A DNA stretch of 56,601 nt, counting the filler, from Catajapyx aquilonaris (lineage: Eukaryota): assembly GCA_000934665.2 (NCBI GenBank). It is 3 parts of 3 records of this genome, joined end to end, with 100 filler letters (N's around TTAATTAATTAA, not from the genome) between each part and the next. Parts side by side here need not be neighbours in the genome. Positions count along the whole stretch, not along the records: positions 18,908 to 37,707 come from JYFJ02006606.1; 2 more parts are not named here. One strand, written 5' to 3'. Shown here in pieces: positions 22,805 to 34,627 of this stretch. The translations under genes were made by a program, and so were the position numbers. Within the stretch, counting starts at the first letter, position 1; each line of letters starts with the position of its first letter. The notes beneath the pieces were generated by a model that worked only from the letters and a program-made list of their open reading frames with translations, was not told the origin of the DNA and did no database searches.

Positions 22805-23562
22805 ATATTTTGCTGATATCAGTGATATGACTATAGAGTATTATACGGTTTGTTCTCCCTTCCCAGAAATTATAATTATAATATTAATATATATTTGGCG
22901 ACTTTTTGATCACATTTCAAAATTGGACACAGCTCCCTTTATAACCTCCGGGACTTTGATGTATCAGGTCCAGCAACTATATTCGAAGCCCGCAATCACT
23001 CCCATGGACACAGGACATTTTTTGCACTCCCTCTGACTTAAGTTAGAGTCTCACTATAATCAGACCATACCGTACCGTATATGCATAATTTTTTTCTTAC
23101 TAACTCGTCCCACTTATGTGTTGAAGGCAACATAATCACAAACATAGCTGATTAAATAATCACATATTTAAGTACTGGTTTTTAAAAAGGTGCAAACTGG
23201 GACGTAGCCTACACTACAATGTATTTTACGACCTTTAACATGTAGGATAATTATAAATGACCACGAATAAATACCCAACATGCAATATCGTTAGATTGTA
23301 TACCGCGTATATCAATGCACATTGTTGGATCTTCGAATTTTTGTGTGTTTTGCTGTCTTTGTTGTCATTTTTTTGATATCTGGCAATTTGGCGTCTCGTT
23401 ACCCAGCAATCATAAATTACATTTAAGCTTTACATGCGCGGGTCGTTCTCAGGTTCCGTCTTATTTAGACTGCTTTAGAAGCATGATCATGTGTTTTTGT
23501 TTGATTGACAATCCTGTTTGGTGCATACAGATATCATTATAATATTATACACAGACTCTGCC
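22805..23562 (+). repeat. 3' flank duplicated with 33321-34021
   Basis: Colinear similarity from ATATTTTGCTGATATCAGTGAT to TACACAGACTCTGCC after copies 1 and 3. Confidence 0.85.
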
Positions 23563-23609
23563 CGTGTAATACTGTGCAACAAAAATTATACTCCAATAAT
23601 TTTTAAACA

Positions 23610-24000
23610 TTAACCCTTTGCTGCCTACGGACATTATACAGTATGATGTCCTGAGATTTGCCCTGCCAACTTGGGTAATTTTTCAACTCAAAAAATTTCA
23701 ACCTCACCGATTTTCTTGAAATTCGGTGCATTGACATATGCCCCCCTCCAATACGGGTCCCAGGGTCATTTTGAGCCGGTAACTATAGGTGCGTTTTTCA
23801 TCCCTTGGGGAGGGCTACCATTGCGCCGAATTTCAAGAGAATCGGTGAGTTCGGAATTTTATGATTTGACCTCTGCCTCCCTCAAAATTGGGTCACGAGG
23901 TCATTTTGATCAGGTAACTATAGGTGCGTTTTTCATCCCTTGGTGTGGGCTATCAATGCACCGAATTTGAAGAAAATCGGCGAGGTCATAAAATTTCCGG
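23610..24000. mobile_element. piggyBac-like non-autonomous element (MITE)
   Basis: Starts TTAA-CCCTTT. Subterminal inverted repeats 23702-23734 / 23953-23985; internal direct repeats 23764-23808 / 23899-23943. Right end degenerate. Lies just beyond the block shared with copy 3. Confidence 0.6.
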
Positions 24001-25750
24001 AAAAGGGGGAAGAAAGTGTCATAAATACAGCAGCATTAAGATACTTTAATAATTAATTATGCAGGCTCTATTAGTCGTACACTTCAAACTAATATGTCGT
24101 AATGGATCGGGTTTTTACGTAGAATTGACTGGTGCAGGAAAAAAATTTATTTGTCCAAAAGTTTGGGGACAGGGAGAAGAAAATAATACAGTTTGGGAGG
24201 GTGTCCCTAAACTTTCTGGCAGGACTGTAACTTTTTGATGGGGAGTTGGCACAATATTTCACCTATAGATCTCTCCCAAATATTCGTATTCATTATTTTG
24301 TACGGATCCTACTCTGATTAATAGAGAATTGCGAATCTCTCCTGGATGGAGATGCGAACATCTGGTGCATTCGATATTAAGAAGGACCTGCGTATTGCAA
24401 CATTTTAAAATATTCATCCAGAAGACACTATTTATTAAATTTTTAAAGTGCATTCAAAAGCATAGCTTCGGATATAATTATGTTCTTGTGTAATTTTTCG
24501 ATGTGATTCTTCAATATTTTTATGTGCATAAGTCTTCGGCTGTTTGAATATATAAGCGACTATGTGAATAAAAACAATCGTCAATATATTAGTCAAGGTC
24601 TCTTCTCTCTTACTTATTTTGCTAGATTGACCCTTTTGACAAATTACTTGGAATTCACGACAACTGTTTGTAGCCACTGATAAGCATTTTAAATACTTCT
24701 CATGAGAAGTATTTAAAAAACAAATACTGTTTTTTACTTGTTTTTTTCCCAGGGCGGCCAACATAATTACAGTATTAACATATTTGTTTGCAGGAGACAA
24801 TGTATGTAAGAAATCTGCCAAATAAAAGCAGTGTTTAAAAATTATGACCATCCCTATATTTATGACACATACATATTTTGCTCCTCGGTCAGGTTCAGAC
24901 AGTGTTTGGTTTTTTTTTCTTAATGGCGCAGGCGGCGGAAAAATATCCGTTGTGAACAATAGTTGGGCTACGTCGACTTACTCGATAATTTATTAATAAA
25001 TTAAAATTTTCGATCTGTTCGATAAATCTCTTCGGAACTACAAGGTTTTACCATAGTCCTATGTTTCAGCCAGTATATTATGGAAGATAAGGTTGCGCTT
25101 ACATATGGGGCCCGTCAATAGGGGATCAGCCGAGGCACTTTCAGCTTCTTGCATTATTGAATAGGCAAGACTATAACTGCACTGTACTCGTATACATTCT
25201 TGGTATAATAATTAGCAGCTGCGAATTTTTTCACTTTTATACTTTTGGAACAATAATATTTCAAATATTATTCACCGTAGAGGGGTACCGCATGGCTTAC
25301 TTACATTATTATCTACATTACTTATGATAATGGCCACTATTGTTACTCTTTTACTTTTTGGCTCGACCCTCAAAATGACCAATAAACACAGAGAGTTTGC
25401 AATTGGAAACGGTGACATATTTGGGCAGGACTGATTATTCTCTACTTGGAGAGTTCACACCAACGCAAGCCCATCAGCACGTGCGTAGGATTGCATAACT
25501 AATGCTTTCTCAGAAGTAAACACTGGAAGCATTAGTACCTTATTTCTGTTGAATAGTTCCCTATAGGCTATCATTTGTCCATTTTCCGTAACAGCAGGGT
25601 AACTCTGATGCCCTTTCCACGCCATGAATAATTACTTGCCCATTTGCGTTGTAGGCAGAGACAAATGGGTCCTGTACACGTCACAAATTTTGGAGAGTGG
25701 GCGTCAAGACCTTGGGCGACATTGGGGGCTTCATCAGACAGTAGCTGACC

Positions 25751-27787
25751 ATGGCCTTGTTGCAAGCACTGACTCTTTGCTCCTTGATTTTCAACAATGT
25801 TGGAGTAGTCGCTAAGGCAGAAGGGAATGGTGTTGGGAACATATCACTTGTAGTGACTCCAGAAGAAGACATACTGGTGTCTCGGCTGGTTCAGACTCTT
25901 CTGACGGAAAGAGATGACCTCAGACAGTGCGGGCTCGTCCTGTCCACAGACAAGACACGATTGGGACAGGACATTTGGGGTCTCCTCTCGTCACAATGGG
26001 ACAAGTACCTGACCTCCTTCACTCTCCGGATGACCACGTTTCCATACACATTTCGTGACTTCCCCTGGTTGAAAAGTCAGAAGGAAATTTTGGACTTTGC
26101 GACTGTCCCTCCGGACATCATGTCCAGGGCGTGGTCCGGACTGCCCTGCACCTTTCACCTTCTGTTGCCATCGAAACCCTCTTCGTTTGCACAGCTTCTC
26201 ATGTACACAGCCACAATGGTCAAGTTGGTGCCTGCATACGATCGGTTCCTGATCCATTTCCAATCGAAAAGCACAGAGAAGGTTCACCAGTTGTTGAAAT
26301 CACCTCCTGCAACAGCACTCTGGTTGAAGGTGGCCACGAAAATGGAGTCGAATGAGCTTCGAATGGACACGTTTTGCTTCTTTTGTGGACACCAAGGACA
26401 AACGGAACTCATTCCTCTCGGACACTTTCGACAGCTGCATGATTTAAATGTTAGCAGGTTTTTCATGCCAAATGAACCCAACCGGGGGAACAACGGGACA
26501 GCAATAATGGGCAACTACCAAATCAATGTTGATATGGAATACGTGAGGAGGACAGCAAAAACTCTGGGTGAAATGCATTTGACGGACATGGAACGCGCTT
26601 TTCTTTTGGCAGAACAAGTTCTAAATAGCCACATTGTATTTTACCTGAAGGAAGTGACCAGCCCAGACTTGGATCACAGGATGGACAACGGAACCTGGAT
26701 GGGTCTAGCAGCTGATTTAATATCCGGAAAAATAGACGGCGCATTTTTCGTATTTATATCCGAGGACACTCTTCGATACATCCTGTCTCCTCCGCCTCAT
26801 TTTTTTGCCCACGCAGCATTTTTGACTAGGAAACCCGGAGGCGTCGTCAGATGGGACGTTGTGTGCAGGCCATACCCGCTCATCTTTTGGATCCTGTTTT
26901 TCTCAACTCTCATTGTCTGCTCGATAGCCATACGAAAACTGTCAGACCATACTCCTGGAAGCCAGTCGCAGATGAACAGGAAGAGTCTCTTGGGCTCATT
27001 GAACATTATGGTGAGATCCATGATCGACCAGGCTATCCCTTTTCCCAAAGCGGGTCACTTCCTGGTGCTGGCCTCTTTTCTCCTCTTCTTCGCAATGGTG
27101 GTCACCACAGGATACAAGGCCAAGTTGGTCGCCTTCCTGACCTACCCTCCGAGGGAATTCGTCCCTGTCGATTACCAGCAATTGGTTCAGTCAGACTGGC
27201 AGTACGAGGCTGAACAACTGGAATTCTTCATAATGACAAAGTACGGGAGTCTTGTCAAAGGAAAGGTGAACGAGAAGTTTATGAAGAACATGAAGCTGGG
27301 TGGGAGTGTCCAGAGTTGTCTAGACAGAGCCATGGAAGAAAAGCTAGCATGCGTCGGAATCGACCTATTCCTGATTCGAGAAATGTATCGCTTCAGAGAC
27401 ACGTCCACTGGGTCACCTACCATCCTGATATCTGAAGAGCTTAGATTTCCGACGTACGTTGCAGGCGGAGTCTCCCGTGGAAACACAGCCGGGTACTTCC
27501 TAACTGAAAAATTCGTCCGGATGGCAGTGGAAACAGCCTTGCCATCCATGATCCAAGAACACTACATGTACATGCAGTTCCTTCAGTCATTAAAATACAT
27601 CAGAGCGCAGGAGGCCAAGAAAGCTGAGCACGAGGAAGATGTGTTGACGGTTGGAAAACTCGCAGCCATATTTGACATTTGGTTAGTCGGTTTGGCAATC
27701 TCTCTCCTAGGTTTTATTCTAGAGCTGCTGTACCAAAGATGCAGCAGACACAAGGCTAAAAGGAAACAATATCCGTTTTTACCATGA
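25751..27787 (+). CDS. Divergent ionotropic receptor, subfamily B copy 2, 678 aa, intronless
   Basis: Same architecture: NGTWMGLAADLISG, CRPYPLIFW, MIDQA, VTTGYKAKLVAFLTYP, LTVGKLAAIFDIWLVGL. Confidence 0.92.
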   Translation: MALLQALTLCSLIFNNVGVVAKAEGNGVGNISLVVTPEEDILVSRLVQTLLTERDDLRQCGLVLSTDKTRLGQDIWGLLSSQWDKYLTSFTLRMTTFPYTFRDFPWLKSQKEILDFATVPPDIMSRAWSGLPCTFHLLLPSKPSSFAQLLMYTATMVKLVPAYDRFLIHFQSKSTEKVHQLLKSPPATALWLKVATKMESNELRMDTFCFFCGHQGQTELIPLGHFRQLHDLNVSRFFMPNEPNRGNNGTAIMGNYQINVDMEYVRRTAKTLGEMHLTDMERAFLLAEQVLNSHIVFYLKEVTSPDLDHRMDNGTWMGLAADLISGKIDGAFFVFISEDTLRYILSPPPHFFAHAAFLTRKPGGVVRWDVVCRPYPLIFWILFFSTLIVCSIAIRKLSDHTPGSQSQMNRKSLLGSLNIMVRSMIDQAIPFPKAGHFLVLASFLLFFAMVVTTGYKAKLVAFLTYPPREFVPVDYQQLVQSDWQYEAEQLEFFIMTKYGSLVKGKVNEKFMKNMKLGGSVQSCLDRAMEEKLACVGIDLFLIREMYRFRDTSTGSPTILISEELRFPTYVAGGVSRGNTAGYFLTEKFVRMAVETALPSMIQEHYMYMQFLQSLKYIRAQEAKKAEHEEDVLTVGKLAAIFDIWLVGLAISLLGFILELLYQRCSRHKAKRKQYPFLP

Positions 27788-28239
27788 ACATATAACAGAA
27801 ATGACTCGTTAGAATTTGTGGCTAGGAATTTTCGAGTTACGTGTAAAATCATACTCACATTATTCAGATGAATTGTCATTTTAAACATTTTTGGCGCTGC
27901 ACATTAATCTGATTTTTATCCAATTGCAACCATGAGTAGAAATGAACTTCCTAGTTGATAGTCACATGACATCTATTTTTAAACTACAAAATAATAATCT
28001 ACCAAATATAACTTTTTGATGGGGGAGTTGGCACAAAATTTCACCTTGATTTCTCCGAAATAATCAGATTCATTAGCACAGAACCTACGTATATACAATT
28101 AATATTGGCCAAATATATTAGTCAACGTCTCTTCTGCCAACTCAACCTTTACTGACTGTCTACAACCTGCTATAGTTACTGTCACATCTGGAAACCAAAC
28201 AATACAATCAAGTTACGACCTACATGTGACCAGACTTTG

Positions 28240-28470
28240 TGCAGTTCCTTCAGTCATTAAAATAGCCTATACATCAGAGCGCAGGAGGCCAAGAAAGCTG
28301 AGCACGAGGACGATGTGTTGTCAGTCGGAAAACTTGGGAGCCATGTTTCACATAATTATGGTTAGACGGTTTGGCACTGAATAATTTCTCTGTTAGGTTT
28401 TGCTTGCGAACAGATAATGGCTCAGGTACGTAAACGGTACGACGACCGCAGTGTCCGTTTTTACGCTGAA
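28240..28470 (+). pseudogene. Decayed C-terminal fragment of a subfamily B IR
   Basis: TGCAGTTCCTTCAGTCATTAAAAT..ACATCAGAGCGCAGGAGGCCAAGAAAGCTGAGCACGAGGACGATGTGTTG..GGAAAACTT with several insertions and frameshifts. Confidence 0.85.
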
Positions 28471-29654
28471 CATTTTGCAGAGAGTGTGTGATAAATCAAA
28501 TATAAAAATAATACACTAATAATAGTCAATAACATGTATATTTCTGATTTCTAGTCAGCCGTTCAATGTCACTGATTTTAAATTATTCTCAATTGTTGTT
28601 CATGTCGTGATAATATTCTGTAATTTTTATTCTACATCTGGATGTCTCTGGAACAGTACACAATGGATTTGGAACAGCTGCTTGTGCCAGTAGAGTGTTC
28701 CAGCAATGATCTGGTTATACTTTATTGTTTTCCCTGCACCGGAGTTGAAGAAAAATGGAAAATCAAATAAGAAAATATGGTGGTATCCCACCTCCCTTAA
28801 AAGAGCCACAGGCTCTATCACGGGGTAGAAGAAGAAGAAGAAAAAAAACTTCACGCGAACTTTCCATAACTGAAACTTTGTACATATTGCCGCCCCATAA
28901 ATTAATATTAAATATGGTGTTCCCCTTAAAAGTATAATAAAATAAAAATTCATAACTTACAAAGTAGGCCTACTATAGTTGTAGTAACAGAAGGTGTGTA
29001 CCAATGCAAACAGCAGATTAATTTTTTTACATATTATATGACACATTAAACACACTGTATTTAATTTGTACATATTCTACACCGAAATGTTTAATATATT
29101 AGTCCCAGTTATCCTGTAGTGCTGGTTAGGGTGGATAATGATTAATTCTGGCTTCACGGCACGTTTTTCTATCATCTGATGTGGATAATAGTGAAAAATG
29201 TTGATGCATAGGGCTACCGGTATACGTACAGTATTATGTGTGCAGTGTTAAGGTTTTCTCTCTTATTGTTATCACATTATGCATAGTTGGCAGATCTTCA
29301 AAATAATGTATCGTTACTTGTGTTTAACATCTGTGTTGCAAACGTAATAAAAATAAATAGATCACAAGGATCTTACAAAGCATTGTCCTCACGTGTTTCA
29401 GTGCACATAGTTGGACATTCGTCTTTTTTGTGTCTGCAATGCTGCCTTTTTAAATGCGAATTATTTACCTAATGTCTCTTGTATAGTGTTTGCCTCTACA
29501 GTCGTGATCAGTTATCTCACCGGTATAATATCACAGTTTTTGGTAAACGACTGTGGAGACAAAATGAGCATCCATTCCTAACACTGAACATCAACATGAT
29601 TTTCTTACTGATTACGTCATATTATTTCTTATTTACGGTGTACTGGATTCGCCT

Positions 29655-29967
29655 CACCGAAGCAGTAGTGGTGGAGTGGATATGGTGTCCGACTGCTAAT
29701 CGGGAGGTCCTGGGTTCGAATCCCGGAGGCCGGCGACCCTGACCATGGTTTTATGTGGTTTCCCATGGTCCTTGCAGGATAATTCCGGGGTCGTTACCGT
29801 AATATAGGCCACAGCCGCCTCCTTCCTTCCCTTTCCCTGCTTCATTCCGGTGATGAGAAAAATAGTAAAAATGGAAAGAGTTCCAGACAAAAAATTGGGA
29901 GAAATCCCCCCCTATAGGAAAGCCCGTAGGCTGATAATGGGGTATCAAATTATATTATTATTATTAT
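29655..29967 (+). mobile_element. tRNA-derived SINE, full length
   Basis: A box TGGTGGAGTGG (29669-29679), B box GGTTCGAATCC (29713-29723), central GGTTTT..GTGGTTTCCC..AGGCCACAGCCGCCTCCTTCC domain, (TTA)n tail, perfect 14-bp TSD TACTGGATTCGCCT at 29641-29654 and 29968-29981. Confidence 0.92.
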
Positions 29968-31277
29968 TACTGGATTCGCCTTGACATCAGTGTGAGTTAT
30001 CTTACACTTTTGTGAATGTTTGTCTATTTGATTGTTCTCAAAACAAATCAATATGAACCTTTGTTACTCCATCAAAGGTATAACATGCATCCGATTCGCA
30101 TCATGTCCATAATAATGGATTGCAATTAATTAGTATAATATCCTAATTACATAATTATATAGGCCAGACTAGGACAAAATCCAGAATCTCCATCATGCCT
30201 GAAAAACAGGTTTTAACAATAAAAATTAAAATAAATAAATTCAGAAAGAAAAAAATGGGTGTAATAAAATGGGCAAAATTAGGTGTCACAAATTGGGTTG
30301 AGAGTGTCACAAAAGGGTCGAGATGCCGCACGAAATGGACTATCCGGATATTATGTAACATCATTTTTTTTTTCTTTTGGGTGTTACGTGCAGAACCCAA
30401 AATCCGTATATTTTCGCCCTTAATATGGTATATAAATTGGTAGGTTTATCTTATACTGAAGGCTCGTTTGCCTAATAATGTTGGACCGGAAAATATGTTC
30501 TTCCTATTATTATAAAAAATTCAGATTCAAAAATTTGTTTGGACGTCACTATATAGCTGAATAGTGCCACAAAATGACTTCTTTTTAAGATAAAAATATG
30601 ACGATTGCAAAATTCAAAATTTAAGTGTTACATTTACCCCTTCGGGAATAAATGCAACATCATCCGCATGCGTACAAGTTTGCAAAGAAATGCAAAGAAA
30701 ACCTAGGAAATGACACCAGAAAGACCAACAGATATGCCGATAGCATGGTATTTCACATTTGCGCCATTTTGATAACTTTGAATAGCTCTACAAAATTTAC
30801 CCGAAAATTTAGGAAGTGTCTCCAACCCTGAAAATACTCCATAAGAGGCGCCTTCTTGCAAAACCCGATAAGTACAAGGTTCCGAGTTAATCGATTAAAC
30901 TCAAAATGACCAAGAAATACACAAAATTCGGCGCGTCTCAGTTTGCATTTGCAAACGGTCGTATATTTTTTGTACAGTGCACATTATGCTCTGTTTGGAG
31001 ATATTAATATTACCGAGCACAATTTTTCCACCAACACAAATCCACAGGCTTCGTGCTACGTAACTGGCCTTGGAAGGCTTTCGGTGCTTATCTCTCAGAA
31101 CTGAGAGATAAGCACCGAAAGCATTAGTGCCTCGCACTAGGGTATATGATTTCGCGAAGTGCGCCCTTTCCCTAACAATACAGGGTAACCTATGCCCTTT
31201 TAAAGGCCATGAATAATTACTCACCCATTTGCGTTGTAGGCTAGCGACAAATGGGTCCTGTACACGTATAGGTGACC

Positions 31278-33320
31278 ATGGCCTTGTTGCAAGCACTGAC
31301 TCTTTGCTCCGTGATTATAATTCATTTTGGAGGTGATGCTGGATCAGAAGCAAATTATGGTATTGGGAACTTATCACTTGCAGTGAATACGGAAGAAGAC
31401 AAACTGGTGTCTCTGCTGGTCAGGACTCTTCTGACTGAAAGAGATGACCTCAGACAGTGCGGGCTCGTCCTGTCCACAGACAAGACACGATTGGGACAGG
31501 ACATTTGGGGTCTCCTCGCGTCACAATGGGACAAGTACCTGACCTCCTTCACTCTCCGGATGACCACGTTTCCATACACATTTCGTGACTTCCCCTGGTT
31601 GAAAAGTCAGAAGGAAATTTTGGACTTTGCGACTGTCCCTCCGGACATCATGTCCAGGGCGTGGTCCGGACTGCCCTGCACCTTTCACCTTCTGTTGCCA
31701 TCGAAACCATCTTCGTTTGCACAGCTTCTCGTGTACACAGCCACAAAGGTCAGGTTGGTGCCTGCATACGATCGGTTCCTGATTCATTTCCAATCTAGAA
31801 GCACAGAGAAGGTTCACCAGTTGTTGAAATCGCCTCCTGCAAGTGCACTCTGGTTGAAGGTGTCCACAAAAATGGAGTCGGACAAGCTTCGAATGGACAC
31901 TGTTTGCTTCTTTTGCGGACACCAAGGACAAACTGAACTCATTCCTCTCGGACACTTCAGCCGACACCACGGTTTTCTTGCGCCTATTTTTCGACCCAAT
32001 GAACCCAACAAGATGAACAATCAAACAGTTCGAGTGGGTTTTTACCAACTCAGTGTTGATATGGAAGACGTGAGGATGAAGGCAAAGACCCTGGGTGAAT
32101 TGCATTTGACAGACCTTGAACGCGCTTTTCTTTTGGCAGAACAATCCGTAAATGTTCACATTGAATTTTACTTGAAGGAAGTCACTAGCCCTGAATTAGA
32201 TCATCGCCTTGAAAACGGATCATGGGTTGGCTTATCGGCTGACATTATTTCTGGGGAAATAGCATTTGCATATTTCATATTCCTCTCCGAGGAAACCATC
32301 CAGTTCCTCTTGTCTCCTCCGCCACATTTTTATGGCCACGCAGCATTTCTGACTAGGAAGCCTGGAGGCGTGGTGACATGGAAAGTGGTGTACAGGCCTT
32401 ACCCACTCTCATTCTGGATCCCGTTTCTCGTCACACTCGTCTTTTGCTCCGTCGCCACGTTCACTTTGTCACGTCACGTTCCTTCGAGGCAGTCACCATC
32501 CGACAGAAGGACTCTGTTAGGATCACTGAGCCTCGTGGTGAGAGCCATGATCGAGCAGCCCATGCCATTTCCCAAAGCGGGTCACTTCCTGGTGCTGGCC
32601 TCTTTTCTCCTCTTCTTCTCAATGGTGGTCATCACCGGATACAAGGCCAAGTTATTCGCCTTCCTGACCTACCCTCCCAGGGAATTCGTCCCTGTCGATT
32701 TCCCAGAACTGGTTGAATCCGGCTGGAAGATCGAGGCTGACCAAATGGATTTCTTCATAATTCAAAAATACGGTTCGCTTCAGCAGGATGACCCGGTGAT
32801 GGCCAAGTTCTCTGAGGCCATGCAGTTGGGAGGGGGCGTCCAGCGTTGCCTGGACAGGGCCTTGAAAGAGCACCTAGCTTGTGCTGGAATCGACCTGTTC
32901 CTGATTCGAGAAATGTATCGCTTCAGAGACACGGCCACTGGGTCACCAACCATCCTGGTCTCTGAGGAGCTGAAGTATCCCACGTACGCTGCGGCAGCCG
33001 TTTCCCGTGGAGACACAGCTGCATACCACATTGTTGCAAGATTAGCCCGGATGGCAATGGAAACAGCCTTGCCATTCAAGATCCAAGACCACTACACGTA
33101 CATGCAGTTCCTTAAGTCATTAAAATACATCAGAGCGCAGGAGGCCAAGAAAACTGAGCACGAGGACGACGTGCTGACAGTCGGAAAACTTGCAGCCATG
33201 TTTAACCTATGGCTAGTCGGTTTGGCAGTTTCTTTCTTCGGCTTTGCTTACGAGCAGATAACTGCCCAGATACGTAAGAAGAAGGCGGCAAGACGACCCC
33301 CTTGTAAGTTCATTCCGTGA
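31278..33320 (+). CDS. Divergent ionotropic receptor, subfamily B copy 3, 680 aa, intronless
   Basis: ATG in ACCATGG context at 31278. Closest overall to copy 1, with the same IR motifs. Confidence 0.92.
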   Translation: MALLQALTLCSVIIIHFGGDAGSEANYGIGNLSLAVNTEEDKLVSLLVRTLLTERDDLRQCGLVLSTDKTRLGQDIWGLLASQWDKYLTSFTLRMTTFPYTFRDFPWLKSQKEILDFATVPPDIMSRAWSGLPCTFHLLLPSKPSSFAQLLVYTATKVRLVPAYDRFLIHFQSRSTEKVHQLLKSPPASALWLKVSTKMESDKLRMDTVCFFCGHQGQTELIPLGHFSRHHGFLAPIFRPNEPNKMNNQTVRVGFYQLSVDMEDVRMKAKTLGELHLTDLERAFLLAEQSVNVHIEFYLKEVTSPELDHRLENGSWVGLSADIISGEIAFAYFIFLSEETIQFLLSPPPHFYGHAAFLTRKPGGVVTWKVVYRPYPLSFWIPFLVTLVFCSVATFTLSRHVPSRQSPSDRRTLLGSLSLVVRAMIEQPMPFPKAGHFLVLASFLLFFSMVVITGYKAKLFAFLTYPPREFVPVDFPELVESGWKIEADQMDFFIIQKYGSLQQDDPVMAKFSEAMQLGGGVQRCLDRALKEHLACAGIDLFLIREMYRFRDTATGSPTILVSEELKYPTYAAAAVSRGDTAAYHIVARLARMAMETALPFKIQDHYTYMQFLKSLKYIRAQEAKKTEHEDDVLTVGKLAAMFNLWLVGLAVSFFGFAYEQITAQIRKKKAARRPPCKFIP

Positions 33321-34627
33321 ATATTTTGCTGATATCAGTGATAATTGGGACTAGAGTATTATACGGTTTATTCTCCCTTCCCAGAAATTCCATATGACTG
33401 TATTAATATATATTTGGCGACTTTTTGATCACATATCAAAATTGGACACAGCTCCCTTTATAACCTCCGGAACTTTGATGTGTATCAGGTCCAGCAACTA
33501 TACATTCGAAGCCCGCAATCAACGAGTCTCACCTATAATCCGACCATCATTTTTTCCCACTAACTCGTCGTCTCACTAATGTGACAGTGAAGCCAACATT
33601 ATCATAAACATAGCCGATTAAATAATCACATATTTAAGTCGTGGTTTTTTAAAATGTGCAAACTGGGACCTACATTATATATAACGTATTTTACGACCTT
33701 TAACAAGTAGGATGTAGCCTAAATGACCCCGAAATAATACCCATCTGCAATATAGCATCACGCCCTCGCTGCACATAGTTGGATCTTTAAAAAAAAAGGG
33801 TGTATTGCTGTCTTTGTTGTCATTTTTAAAAAATATATATTTGGCAATTTGGCGTCTCGTTACTCCTGCAATCATCATTATGTTTAAGCTTCAGATGCGA
33901 GGGCCGTTCTCAGGTTCTGTCTTATTCAGACTGATTTCGAAGCATGATAATGTATTTTTGTTTGATTGACAATCCTATTTGGTGCATAAGAATATAATTA
34001 TTGTAATACACAGACTCTGCCTGTAGCCTATATAATTAATTAGACATATTCACCGCAACTTTAAGGTAACTTGCTTATATACCAATTATGAAAATGATGA
34101 CGCCATTTGGAATATTCTTAATGATTGTAGCGTATTGTACAGTACTTGCACATGTGATTATTATTAGTGCGTGATTGTAAACATAAGTTAGTGGCAAATA
34201 ATTTTATTCCACACTGAAATGCTTTCCAATATTTTTCACAGTGTGATCCTTTAATGCGGGTTAAGGTGGATGGTGATAATAATTACTGGCTTCACAACAC
34301 CTTTTTTTGCCATCTATAGTAATTAATTTATGTGCAAATTAATCTGATGTGCACCCGATTGTATCAATATAAGGCTTTGTCTTCTTGTCATCACAGCTAT
34401 GCATTGTTGGGAAGTCTGTAAATGTATTATAAGTTGTATTAACACCCTAGTTAACACACCTTGTATTGCAAAATAAAATAAAAAAATAGCCTGTAGCAGT
34501 TGTCCCGATGTAACTAATAAAGCCGCTACTTATCACCCCCCTGCTTATTTCAGCAGCTACGTTGTTCTCAACCCCAGCATTGGAAGTGTCTAAAGTCCCG
34601 GCACGTATTTATAACACTTTTTAAAAA

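Noticed and set aside
29661..29735. Functional tRNA-Ser(GCT) gene
   Set aside because: No long variable arm or proper acceptor stem; it continues into a SINE body and tail bounded by a TSD.
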